Below, piece after piece: positions 25,641 to 36,587 of a DNA stretch of 64,000 bases (position 1 is the first letter of the stretch; every line of letters starts with the position of its first letter). Source of the DNA: Bugula neritina. Taxonomy: Eukaryota; Animalia; Bryozoa. Where the stretch lies: positions 24,737,504-24,801,503 of the forward strand of contig OZ037765.1 of the NCBI GenBank assembly GCA_964035545.1. Direction: 5' to 3'. A program made the translations under genes and the position numbers. Below the pieces are notes generated by a model. It saw nothing but the letters and a program-made list of their open reading frames with translations. It made no database searches and was not told the origin of the DNA.

Positions 25641-28600
25641 ATGGCTACGATCAAATGCTTCTGTAACATCTGTGGTAAGGGAGAGAATTCGATCTGCACA
25701 TCTGATTATATGGTTGGTTCCAATATTACTTGGCTAAGTTAATAATGTTATATTATTTGCATTTATATCAAAGTTGTGTTGTATCATTTACAGCTGAATA
25801 ATGTGCTCAAGTCTAAATAGTGTCCAACTTAATGAAATTATGCTTCTCTAAAAGTAAAATCAAATAAATTGGTGTGATGTAAAGGGACTCATGGGTTTAT
25901 AAATCAATTTCTGGTTTATAATTTCTTCTATCAAGGGTTGACCTAAAAAAATTTTCTTCAAATTCTCAAGTTGCTAAGATATTTTTCATTATGTTGACTT
26001 TCTGTTCCAGTGTTTAGTTTGGTGGCAAAAAGATAATGGACTGGTAAAAGATTGTGTTTTGAAATCTGAAAAAGAAAGTGATGATAGGTGTAGGTTTGAT
26101 ATGCCGGAACCATCTTTGTGCTGCAACACAACCAAATGCAATGATTTCAACTTGTTGAAACAAAGGTTTTTCTTGGACCGACATGATAGTACGTTATAGT
26201 ATCCATGCAATAACTGCGTATAATTTCCAACTTTAGCTATAATAATGTTTGAAAGACTAAAGTGTTAATGCAAAATCAAAAAAGAAAGTTCTGTACAATA
26301 AACATTTGAAGGAAAAAAATTGACAAAATAGTTAAAGGAACCTTATCTAAGCAATGAATAATATAAGTTATACCATAATGTTTGTTAGATATGTATACTT
26401 TTTATAGTATAATATTGGTTTAGCTTATAAGTTATAGTTTCCAATTTTTTATGGTACTTTTTAGACAAGTCTAATCAGATTTTTGCCTGTACTGCAGCCA
26501 CATTGGTAGCTTTGCTCATACTTTTGATAATGATGGCATACATCCGTAGACTGCGTCAAAACAGATACAAGAGAAAAAATCTGTTGGCTACGGTGAGGTG
26601 GTGCAAAACATGTCATTCCTAATGTTACATGAAAGTGAAAAATTAACAATATTTTGTTTTAACAAAATCTGTTGAGAGTTATTTCTGATGCCATTTTATT
26701 GAACTTGAGTTTTTAAGACTTGATTTTGTGTTTAGATTTAAAACACACCTTTTTAACTTATATTGGATAACAGATTTGATTTTATAGTTTATAGGTTTGT
26801 ACAATTTTTCCTGCACACAGCAGCATAATAATATACTTGCTGTTGAATAATTTATTTTAGATAGAGGGAAACATTAGTAGTGGTAGAAGAAGCCGAATAT
26901 TAGTGGAGAGAACAACTGTGAATGATGTTAGACTTATTGCAGCTATTGGTAAACTATTATTACATATAATATCATAAGCTGTAACATATGCTTTTTATGC
27001 TTCTAACTCTTTTTCCCTTCAACTTCATATGCACTCATACAATCCACTGTCTGTGTAACACTGCAATCCTAACTTATGTATGTAATTCATGTAGGCTGCT
27101 GCTTTCTGTTTGACTGGTGTTAAATTTGGTAGACTTGCCCAAGTAGGTTAATTGTGTAAAATATAAAAAACTTGAAAATTCAAAGAGGCTCTTAAATATT
27201 AAAGCTTACCTGACAAGTATTAAGCAATCATACAATCACATAAGCCACTTGATAGATTCAATACTATTATGATAATGGTGTACATAATTATACATGTGCA
27301 ACAAACATCAATTTGCTTGTTTAACATAAATATAGCCACAGCATGATTCAATAAACCTCCTTAAAGGTGAAGGAAGATTTGGGAAAGTATACCATGCAAC
27401 ATACAAAGGGGACGATGTGGCTGTAAAGATTTTTAGTACCAGAGAAGAGGCTTCATATTCCAGAGAGAATAAAATATATTCACACTGTTTGCTTCACCCA
27501 AACATACTTGGTTTCATCACTTCAGATATAACATGCCGCTCTTCTGTGACTCAATTCTGGCTGATAACATACTACCATCCAAATGGTATGCAAGTCTGCC
27601 CAACTACTTACAATTATAACTTTGCTTCACACTGAGGCTATTACCATTTGTAATTTATAATTATATTAGGCTATAGTGTTTCATATATTATGCAACTAAA
27701 TGTTAATGGGCCACCATTTTGAAAACTATATAACCTAGGCTATATAATTGTGATAAGTAAATTTAATTATAGCTAGGATATCAACAGTCATCTGATGTCA
27801 ATAATTCAACAAGTCAATAAATTGACCTGACCATTGAAATATTCATTACTTTCTAATTAACTTATACTTATACAGTAGGTATATAAATATTTATTTCAAT
27901 TTTTGGAAATAATTATGTCTATAGCGAAAGTTAAAATACATGTAGTTTACCACTTGCAGGTTCGCTCTACGACTTTCTAAACATACATAAGCCAATAGAA
28001 CTCAATAAAGCTTTGAATATGCTGAGGACAGCTGCCAATGGAGTGAACTATCTTCACCTTAGCATAAACGGTGCTTCTCATGGCAGCAAACATAGACTGT
28101 GGCAGCCAGGGAAACCAAGCATAGCCCATCGTGATATCAAGGTTTGCTTATAAAAACAACTTTTAGCTTAACATAGCTAGTGGTATGTAAGTGACTAGTT
28201 TAAAAACAGTTTGAGATAATATCCGTATATGCGTGTGTAGCTGTGTTGAAAATATTAGTTTGTTTTGTTTTGATATGAATAATGTAGTAACAAATTTTTT
28301 TTCTCATTTATTTATCTCCGATGAAATTACTAGCCCATAAAGAATATTCATATTATGTATATAAAGTCACAAAGTTTGCAACTTGACAATTTTGTAGACA
28401 AAAAATATTCTGGTTAAGCTTGATGGGACATGTTGTATATCTGATTTTGGACTTGCTACAACTCAGCAGGATTTGGATAACTCAAGGATGGACGCATATG
28501 AAATCAGGGTATTTACATTGTGAACCTTTTTCTAATGTGGCTAATTTACTAGAAAATAAATACTGAACTAACCGTATTTAATTGTCATTTCTTCAGATAG

Positions 28601-30033
28601 AAAAATTCTATTTTTCGATTATTTATTCAAAATATGTTATCAACTTCCAACATTTGTTGCTTGTATTTATGAAGGCTGGCACTAAAAGATATTTGGCTCC
28701 AGAAAACTTAGATTTGACAATAAATAGCAAGCATATTGAAAGTTTCATGAATGCTGATGTGTACTCCTTTGGGCTGGTTATTTGGGAGACAATACAAAAT
28801 AGCCAAGGTGGTAAGTTATAAACTAATATAAGTATTGTATCTATATATAGATTCAATGTTACCTGTAACGATTTATTTGACCAATAATTTTTAAGACTCA
28901 CAAATTAAGTTGCCTGAGATGCACTATTATAGCAACTTTAACTATACACATAAACAGCATGCATCTAATTTCTATGCTTTTGTGTCAGGAGACAACTACC
29001 ATATACCTTATGAAGGGCTGGTGCCAAAGAGTCCTTCATTCACAGACATGGAGAATATTGTCTCGGCGCAGAAAATAAGACCATCTACTAGGGTAATCTC
29101 ACAATATTAGATGCACAATTTATTACTTTGATTTTAGTAAATGTATTTTTACGCATTTTGACTTAGACATTTACAATGGTATCATGTGCTGTGGTAGACT
29201 TAGTTTGCATCCATGCCCATTTACAATCTGTTGAAAACTAAATGTTCTTCATAATCAGCAGTAAAACACTTTTGAATCAACAGTTTTGGCACAGCAAAAG
29301 ATGGCTTACAAAGTTGTTACATTATTAAAAGTTTTTAACTATGTCGTTTAACATGAATGTTGACTTTCATTAGATATATTGCATTTACTTTAGAAATTAT
29401 TTGAAGATAATATCATTTGCAAAAAATTATTTGTAACATTTACAAACAATATGCATCGGTCAATTTGTAGTATTAAGAGCATTTCATAAAATAAAACCAA
29501 CATTATGTTAAAATAGGCTAACTATTTATCAAGTTAACAATAGATGGGTTTAAAAGTTCAATTTAATTCTGCGTGCAATTATTTGCTTCTAGAGAGTTTT
29601 GGCTGTTACCAATCTACACCCTCAACTTCAACTAACTTTTTCTACCTTTGGTCAAATGCTTTTTGTCAATGCATGCTTAGAAAAACACTATATTATGTGT
29701 GTTTGACCTAAATGGCCATTTATTAGACAAGATAGAGCAATCCTTGAAGTTGAAAATTTTAATATCACCAATTAAATTCTTTAGACTGTGCACATACTGC
29801 TGATATGCGTTCTAAACTGTGTAATATAATACTGCATACACTTATTACTGTTGTTCTATACATAGTTTGAAGGCATAACTAATGAAAATCTGAAGGAAAA
29901 AGTTAAAGCTCTTTTAAAAGAAACTTGGTGTTCTAAACCGACCTCAAGAATTACAATGCTCCGTTTACTAAAGAATATTGAAACTATGCAGAAGTGCGTT
30001 GTTGACCAGAACTTTGCCAAGCTGCCTAATTAA
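25641..30033 (+). CDS. Divergent TGF-beta superfamily type I receptor Ser/Thr kinase, ALK1/ALK2 (ACVR1/Saxophone)-like
   Basis: Exons about 25633/25641-25712, 26011-26188, 26465-26592, 26861-26948, 27367-27585, 27960-28141, 28398-28508, 28675-28810, 28989-29092, 29866-30033. Ten-Cys ectodomain ending CCNTTKCN; TM IFACTAATLVALLILLIMMAYI; kinase GEGRFGKV, VAVKIFSTREE, L45 loop TSDITCRSSVTQ (ALK1/2 type), HRDIKTKNIL, DFG, GTKRYLAPE. Signal-peptide exon not identified. Confidence 0.9.
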
Positions 30034-30100
30034 CAGTGCCCTCAGGTTCCTATGTGATACTTGAAGGCCATCAGATAGAGAGTTGCATGTACTCATTGTA

Positions 30101-30276
30101 TGGAGTGCCAAATGGTTAAGAAATAAACCTAAGAGCATGAATAATGAGGATATGCGAGCAAATTAAAGACCTATGAAAGCGTTTTGTGAGCTTATGAGAA
30201 AGAATAATGGCTAGATACTTTATTGTGAGCATATGATACGCAATAATAAGTGAATTTTTGACCATTTGGCACTCCA
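30101..30276. mobile_element. Small MITE (Tc1/mariner-type TA TSD), 176 bp, just after the receptor stop codon
   Basis: TIRs tggagtgccaaatggttaagaaat / atttttgaccatttggcactcca flanked by TA at 30099-30100 and 30277-30278; internal degenerate gagcatatga-like repeats. Confidence 0.75.
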
Positions 30277-30316
30277 TATGCATTGTATGTACTGTATGTA
30301 GGCTAGATGCATTGAT

Positions 30317-30410
30317 TAGCCCCAGTAAGCTATGTGTAGCCCTAGTAAGTGATGTATAGCCCTAGTAAGATATGTGTAGCCCTAGTAAGATATGTATAGC
30401 CCTAGTAAGC
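30317..30410. repeat. 20-bp minisatellite (tagccctagtaagatatgtg), about 4.7 copies
   Basis: Direct tandem units visible in sequence. Confidence 0.9.
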
Positions 30411-31117
30411 CGACAGCACTCTCAACTCGCTGTATAGCTGGGAGTTGCAATAATGTATTATATTACAGAAATATTACTCAATATTTAAATAGTATGGTTA
30501 TATAGGTACTATGTACATTTTATGTGCTAATTCATTTTCTACTCTTTTTTCTCTTGTTAAATCTTTTTATTTTCACAAGCTACAAATATTATTATTACCT
30601 ATATAATATATGCAGTCACTTTTAAGCTTGCAGAAACTTGATGGCAATTTATAAGTTCATGAGTATTAAATATCTTATGAAATTATGCTACAATAACCAT
30701 ATAAGTCGTAACTTTTGACCCTATCAAGATGTGTCCCTAAAAGTTAGATCCTGTTAACAATGATGATTTTCTTTTAGCAATTTCTTATCAATTTTAACAA
30801 TAAACTCCTTGATTTTTAAACATAATTGCTTAGTCACATGACGCACAAAGATCAAAATTAAATAATTTACAAAATTATATTACAGTAATAACCACATAGC
30901 AAAAATATTTGATAATCCCACAGTTATCTGTGTGCACTCCCTAAGCTGAAGCTTACATGCTTATATTAGCGGTATTACATAACTCAACTTGCTGATTAGG
31001 CAGCCATAGGTAGACATATGAGAAATAAAAAATGTCACGATGTATTTAAGTTTAATAGATCTCAGTAATCCTCTGTAGTCTCACTTGCGGTCAGTGTAGT
31101 AATGAGTTTACCCAGTG

Positions 31118-31189
31118 GTCCCCGTGGTGTGATGGTTAGCACACTTGCTTGCAAGCCAGAGGTCTCAGGTTCGATTTCCAGTGGGGGCA
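31118..31189 (+). mobile_element. tRNA-derived SINE head or tRNA pseudogene
   Basis: Acceptor GTCCCCG/TGGGGGC-A, D-arm GTGT/GCAC with A box TGGTGTGATGG, B box GGTTCGATTTCC; anticodon stem does not pair, so unlikely to be a functional tRNA. Confidence 0.6.
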
Positions 31190-31801
31190 ATTATTTTTCA
31201 GTCAGCTAAAATATAAATCACCATTTGGATTTACAGCAACCTCAAAAATTTTATGATATAAAATTTGTTTCGATTTAAATGTACACGTTATTACAGTAGG
31301 AAGCAGCATTTTGCAGTTACCATTATAGACCGTTCAATGCACCCTCACAACATTTAATAATCTATATGGTATGTATATGCAGGTTTATATTGCAATTGGA
31401 TTAGCAAAATGCAAAAGAGTAAATTAGCAAAATCACACCCTACTCTGTTATCTCACACCTGTAGTAAAGAATTTTTTCTACATTTGATGTAACCAACTTG
31501 CTCAAATAAACAAAAATTATCCTAACAGGTGTAACCTAAATTACATAATAGAATTACAACATTACATAATCTAATTTTGCAGAAACCAAGTTATTCAACG
31601 GGGTGAGATGACTCTCACTTAAATGCAAGTATGTAATGTACTATTATTATAATAATAATAATATTATCTAGCAACGCTTCTTTTAAACATTCTCGAAATA
31701 TCTGTAGCTCGTAATCCTCTTGGTTACAAACAATTCAAGTATTATCCGCCCCGTATTACACTAAAGATTTGGCCGCAAGATCGCAGGCTCGTTCATATAA
31801 A

Positions 31802-34800
31802 ATGGCAGAATCAGGTAACGACACCACTGGAAATTCTACAAGCAGCAGAACTACAAAATATTACTGTTACCAATGTAAAGGAGAAGTTCAGTTATCATCG
31901 GATAATTTGGTTAGTAGTTGATTATTTTGCTCACATATACGGTTTAATACAGCTCATAATTAAATTTCATACTCCTAGATCAGATACTCATACTCATACT
32001 CATACTATGACTATGAGTATGAGTATCTGATCTAGGAGTATGAGTATGAGTCATAGTCATAGTCATACTGATAGTGAATGTGATAGTGATAATGATACTG
32101 AATATGGTAGTGATAGTGATACTGATAGTCATACTCATAGTCATAGTGATACTCATACTAAGGTAGACGTAGACTTACTCTTAGAGCCAGAGGATTGAGC
32201 CATTGATTTTGAAAATAAAATAAAATTTAAATTTGAGTCGAGTCTCGGTTTCAGTTTGACTTTCAGTTTTACCTTTCACCTTCACAGTTTGAGTTTCACT
32301 TTGACTTTGACTTAGAAAATTATTCTCACTCTAAATATGAATATCAGTTTGAGTGCAAGTTTGAAATTTAGTATTTTACTATTTTTATTTTAGTATTTAC
32401 TTTGTGAAACTGAGTATTTACCAAAGTTTTAGTTTAGTTTTGATGTTAAATGACACCTCTGCTTTGGCCCCTAGGAGTGGGCTTTGGCTATGATATTCAA
32501 TATTCATATATTAATAATTATGATTATTTAGAAATAATATTGATATATTTATGTAATACTATTTAGTTTATTTCTAAAATTATTATTTTTACAGTAGGCT
32601 ATCACTAATACTGTAAAAATAATAATTTTAGAAATGAATATTACTGTGACTATTACTCTTGCTATTAGATTATTAATATTAATATGATTAGTATTATAGT
32701 AATTATAGTTTTAGTACTAGTATTAGTAATACTATTGAACTTAGCATAGGGATAGTCATAGTGGTACTATTGGTCATACTCTTAGTTACACTGACACTGA
32801 TAATATATAAGTATAGGTATAACTCTATAAATTATAACTTATAAGTATAACTGTAAGTACAACTATTCAACTTCTTCTATTTGATAAATTATTAATACAA
32901 TTTGTATTTGGAAATTGTTTAGCATAGTAATAACCTGGAGTTTAATTTAGATTTTAAAATTAAAAGTTGTAATTTTTACAGCGCCATTAGTGGCTCATAG
33001 CGATAATAGCCTATAGTGATAGGGGCTTGGGCTAACAGTAACACATACCCCTCATTCACACTCACCGTAGCGTATGCCATAACAGCAAATGTCAGCCATT
33101 TTTACAAAGCTTCCTGTACGGCGTTGCGGTACGTTAGGATCAAGCACTGTTTGATTAAAAAATGTTGCGGCGAACTCCTATTGGACAGAAAAGCTTCAGC
33201 CCGAACACATTAAAAATGGCTAATATTTTACGTTGCGGCCTACGGTACAGTAAGTGAATGAGGGCTTACACTTAACTTTGCAAGTTAAGGAGTAAGTAGG
33301 ATTATTGTTGTTGCGTTTCCTCTTGCAAAAATTTGAGCACTCTTATAAGTTATATGCAATGTTTATATATATCACTTGAGACTTAGTAGTTTTTGCTTAG
33401 GTATGTGTAGTATATAGGGTTTCAATTAGTAACTAAGTTATTCTGTGTATTGTGAGATCATACTTTTAAATATCGGATGCGTTGATTAAGAAGCATGAAA
33501 TATCGTATCGCTATGTATAACTATAAATAATATCATGATGATATTAAAATAATCAACGTTGATAATTGATAGATGATAGCTATGAATAGTAGAATGATAA
33601 ATAATACAAATAGAAAGTTTATTCGTTATGAGGATAATCATATTATAATTTATAGTTATTACCATATCTTTATAATTAGTAATAGTATTAGTCATGTTCT
33701 AATTTATTAATAGAGTTATATAAATAACTGCCATTCATATTATTGTTAGTAAAAAGTAACTGTTCAATAATGGTAAGCCTACTTTAACTTAAAGTAGTTT
33801 GATGTTGTGCATTTATGAATGTTTTGGAAATTAGTGTAACAGCCTTTGAGTCAGTATCATATTTTATGCTGGGTTTGAAGCAAAGCCAGAAACTAGAAGA
33901 AGTTGTTAAAATTAGCTGAAGTTAAAAGTATATCAAGAGCAACTTCTCTATCATTATATATATGTTTATTGGGCTTTTTATACTAAATTAATGGTTGTTT
34001 TTATATTTGTTTTAGGAATTGAAATGTCCAAATTGTCAAGAAGGTTTCCTTGAAGAAATTGAAACTGAAAATGAGTAAGTAACGTGTAGTTCCCATAAAT
34101 AACATGAAGAATCTGGTATCCAAATGGTTGATTATTGATTTCTACCTGTTGAATTTTTGGTGATACCTTCTAACAAACTGTTTTTCAAAATTTAATTCTT
34201 TTTATGTTGTCTTTTTTCAGAAATGCAGGCAGTAGTACTACCAGAACGGTAAGCACTGTACTATGTTCTGTATTTGTAGGTTGAATTGTCTATAGTTATA
34301 AATTACATTAGAAAATACATGTTCATGTGTTATTTTTTTTAATTTTGATGGCTAGCGATCTTCATTTTAGTTAAAGAAACTTGTAAAAATCTATATGCAT
34401 TCTCTTTGATTGTAAAGAAAGTAAATTTAGTCTCATGTGTCATTTCAGAGTCATCATACCTTCCCATCTTTCCCGCCATTATTCAATATGTTGGGAGCCC
34501 TTGGACGTCCACCCGGGGGTGGCGGTGCCAATATGTTTGCAGAGCCAATCATATTCAATATGAGACATCGTCCACAAGGTGGTCAGGGTCCTCAAGGTGT
34601 ACAGCTTGTCTTCAATGGTATTGGTAATAGGCAAGCTAGCCCTTCACAACAAATGCCTGTGGAGTTCAATTCGTGAGTTTGCTATGCTACTATGGTGTCT
34701 GTTAAAAAGGCAATTTCGTTTTTTTACCATGGTCTGTACTTTTTGTATAAGAAATCAATTTATTTGGTCAGTTGTCTCCAATATATTGACTGTACCTGCA

Positions 34801-36587
34801 TGCCCTTAGTACTACTCAGTTGTTAATTTGTGTTTTTGTAGGTTATTTAACCTTCTTTCTAACATGGGTGGCCTTAATTTTGGAATGCCTGAAGTGTAAG
34901 TGTTTTATAATCCATTATTTTTGCATTTTATGGAGATGTCTTTATTAATTAGCTGCTTATAGTTATGAATAATATCTAGTAAATGATGAAATGATGCTAA
35001 ATTTACATCGTTCAAACATTTTTCTTTTGTAAAATATTTTAGTAATGAGTTGATGGCAAGTTGTTGTAGAATTGTACTCTCGTATTTAATACTCGCACGC
35101 TAGCTTTATAGTTGGACAACCCCTACCATACTAATACATGTTTTCATATTTATTTCAGCCACGGGAATCCGGGAGATTATGCGTGGGGGGCTGGTGCCTT
35201 GGATACAATAATTACACAGTTACTCAACAGTGTTGACGGAGCTGGACCTCCCCCTGCTGACTCTGCAACTATAGAGGGACTTCCTTCAGTCAAAATAACT
35301 GCTGCCCAAGTTGGTAAATTTCATTTAAGGCCTCCTTGATCTATATTTGTATATCTGTATACACACAGATTAGTTGGGAAAATTAGCTTCTGTGCCACCT
35401 AATGTGTCGGACATGTTACCAGCATGATTTGTTGCAAAGTCCATAACCAATCCTTCATTTATATTTGATTTGGGGTTTGGGGCTGCAAATTAATTTGAGG
35501 CTATGAACATGTTATACTTTTAGCTTTGTATAGTATATCAAAATTAACAGATTTGGAAATTTCAAAGTGGTAATTCCAAAGAGAGGAATATAAAAGGACG
35601 TTTTATTCTCATTAAAGTTGAAGCTCCATACAGCTCTAACAAAGAGCTTTTATGGAACATTGAAGAATTTAGGTTGCAAAATTGTATTGTAGTTTAAAGT
35701 CACTAAATAACACAGTAGCTCCTGGAATGAAACCTGGACCATACAGCATGACAGTCAGGCTGTTCACTAGTCATAGTTGGTCCTTTGATTAGACAAATTA
35801 TATAAGTCACACTCTGCTAGTGTATTATTTCATTATTGTTTTAGAAAATGGTATTCAGTGCTTTGTGTGTTTTGATGAATTTGCGTTAGACGAAGAAGTA
35901 AAAGTATTGCCATGCAAGCACCATTATCACAGGGATTGCATAGTTCCCTGGTTAGAGCGTGTAAGTGTTCAAATTATTTTATACTTGATATATTAACTTT
36001 TATTGGATATTTTCTAAATAGTTTTATAATCTATACTAAAGCAGGGCAAACTAGCTGTATTTATGTACAGATAAAATATAAAAAAATACCTTAGCTATCC
36101 GCTAACTGCAGTTTCATGATTGTGTACCCTTTTGATTCAATATGAGAAACTTATGTTCATACATGTGGCACTGAATTATTCAATTCGTTAAATTACACAT
36201 GTATGTTTTCACAGTATTCATATATGCTAAAGTAACAATCGAGTCAGTAACTTGTTAAGGGGAGGGTGAGAGTCATGTTTAGTTTGTTTTGCACTCAGCA
36301 TTTTCATTTGGAGTTTAAAGATGATTAACAAATAAAGTTATTATTTGTAGCATGGAACATGCCCAGTATGTAGAAAGGATCTGCAAGGCTCAGATACCAC
36401 CACTACAGAGTTTGATGCTAATATAGGAGAGACTTTAAGTTCAATAGAGCAGCGTACCGGTGCAGAATCTGCTAACTCTTCAGCGTCACAAAATCGAAAC
36501 AATTCTGCACTTCGGTCACGTAGACACAGAAACAGACCGTTACCTGGGGATCCACCATCACAGTATATGGATGATGATATTGAATAA
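31802..36587 (+). CDS. RNF126: RING-H2 E3 ubiquitin ligase of the RNF115/RNF126 family
   Basis: N-terminal Zn finger [10 protein letters not shown]...|[15 protein letters not shown]; [33 protein letters not shown]; RING-H2 CFVCFDEF...[18 protein letters not shown]|HGTCPVCRK; stop TAA 36585-36587. Symbol is for the family (likely co-ortholog of RNF115/RNF126). Confidence 0.93.
31960..32880. repeat. Promoter-proximal degenerate hexamer-periodic tract (RNF126 intron 1)
   Basis: catact/catagt/gatagt/gatact units, then ttcagt/ttgact/ttcact units, then tattag/tagtaa units. Confidence 0.8.
31967..32043. repeat. Perfect 32-bp inverted repeat with 13-nt spacer in RNF126 intron 1
   Basis: tcatactcctagatcagatactcatactcata (31967-31998) is the exact reverse complement of 32012-32043. 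Confidence 0.92.
33048..33265. mobile_element. Degenerate MITE in RNF126 intron 1
   Basis: Termini ccctcattcac / gtgaatgaggg with further imperfect inverted matches (ccgtag/ctacgg, agccattttt/aaaaatggct); CpG-rich interior. Confidence 0.65.
35715..35778 (-). mobile_element. Decayed tRNA-like (Asp GTC-type) SINE fragment
   Basis: Minus strand ...cctgactGTCatg...ggtccaggtttcattccaggagc resembles an anticodon loop plus B-box arm; heavily degenerate. Confidence 0.35.

Noticed and set aside
30317-30410. CRISPR-like array
   Set aside because: Eukaryotic context; contiguous 20-bp tandem units without unique spacers.
31118-31189. Functional tRNA gene
   Set aside because: Anticodon stem does not pair; better explained as a SINE head or pseudogene.
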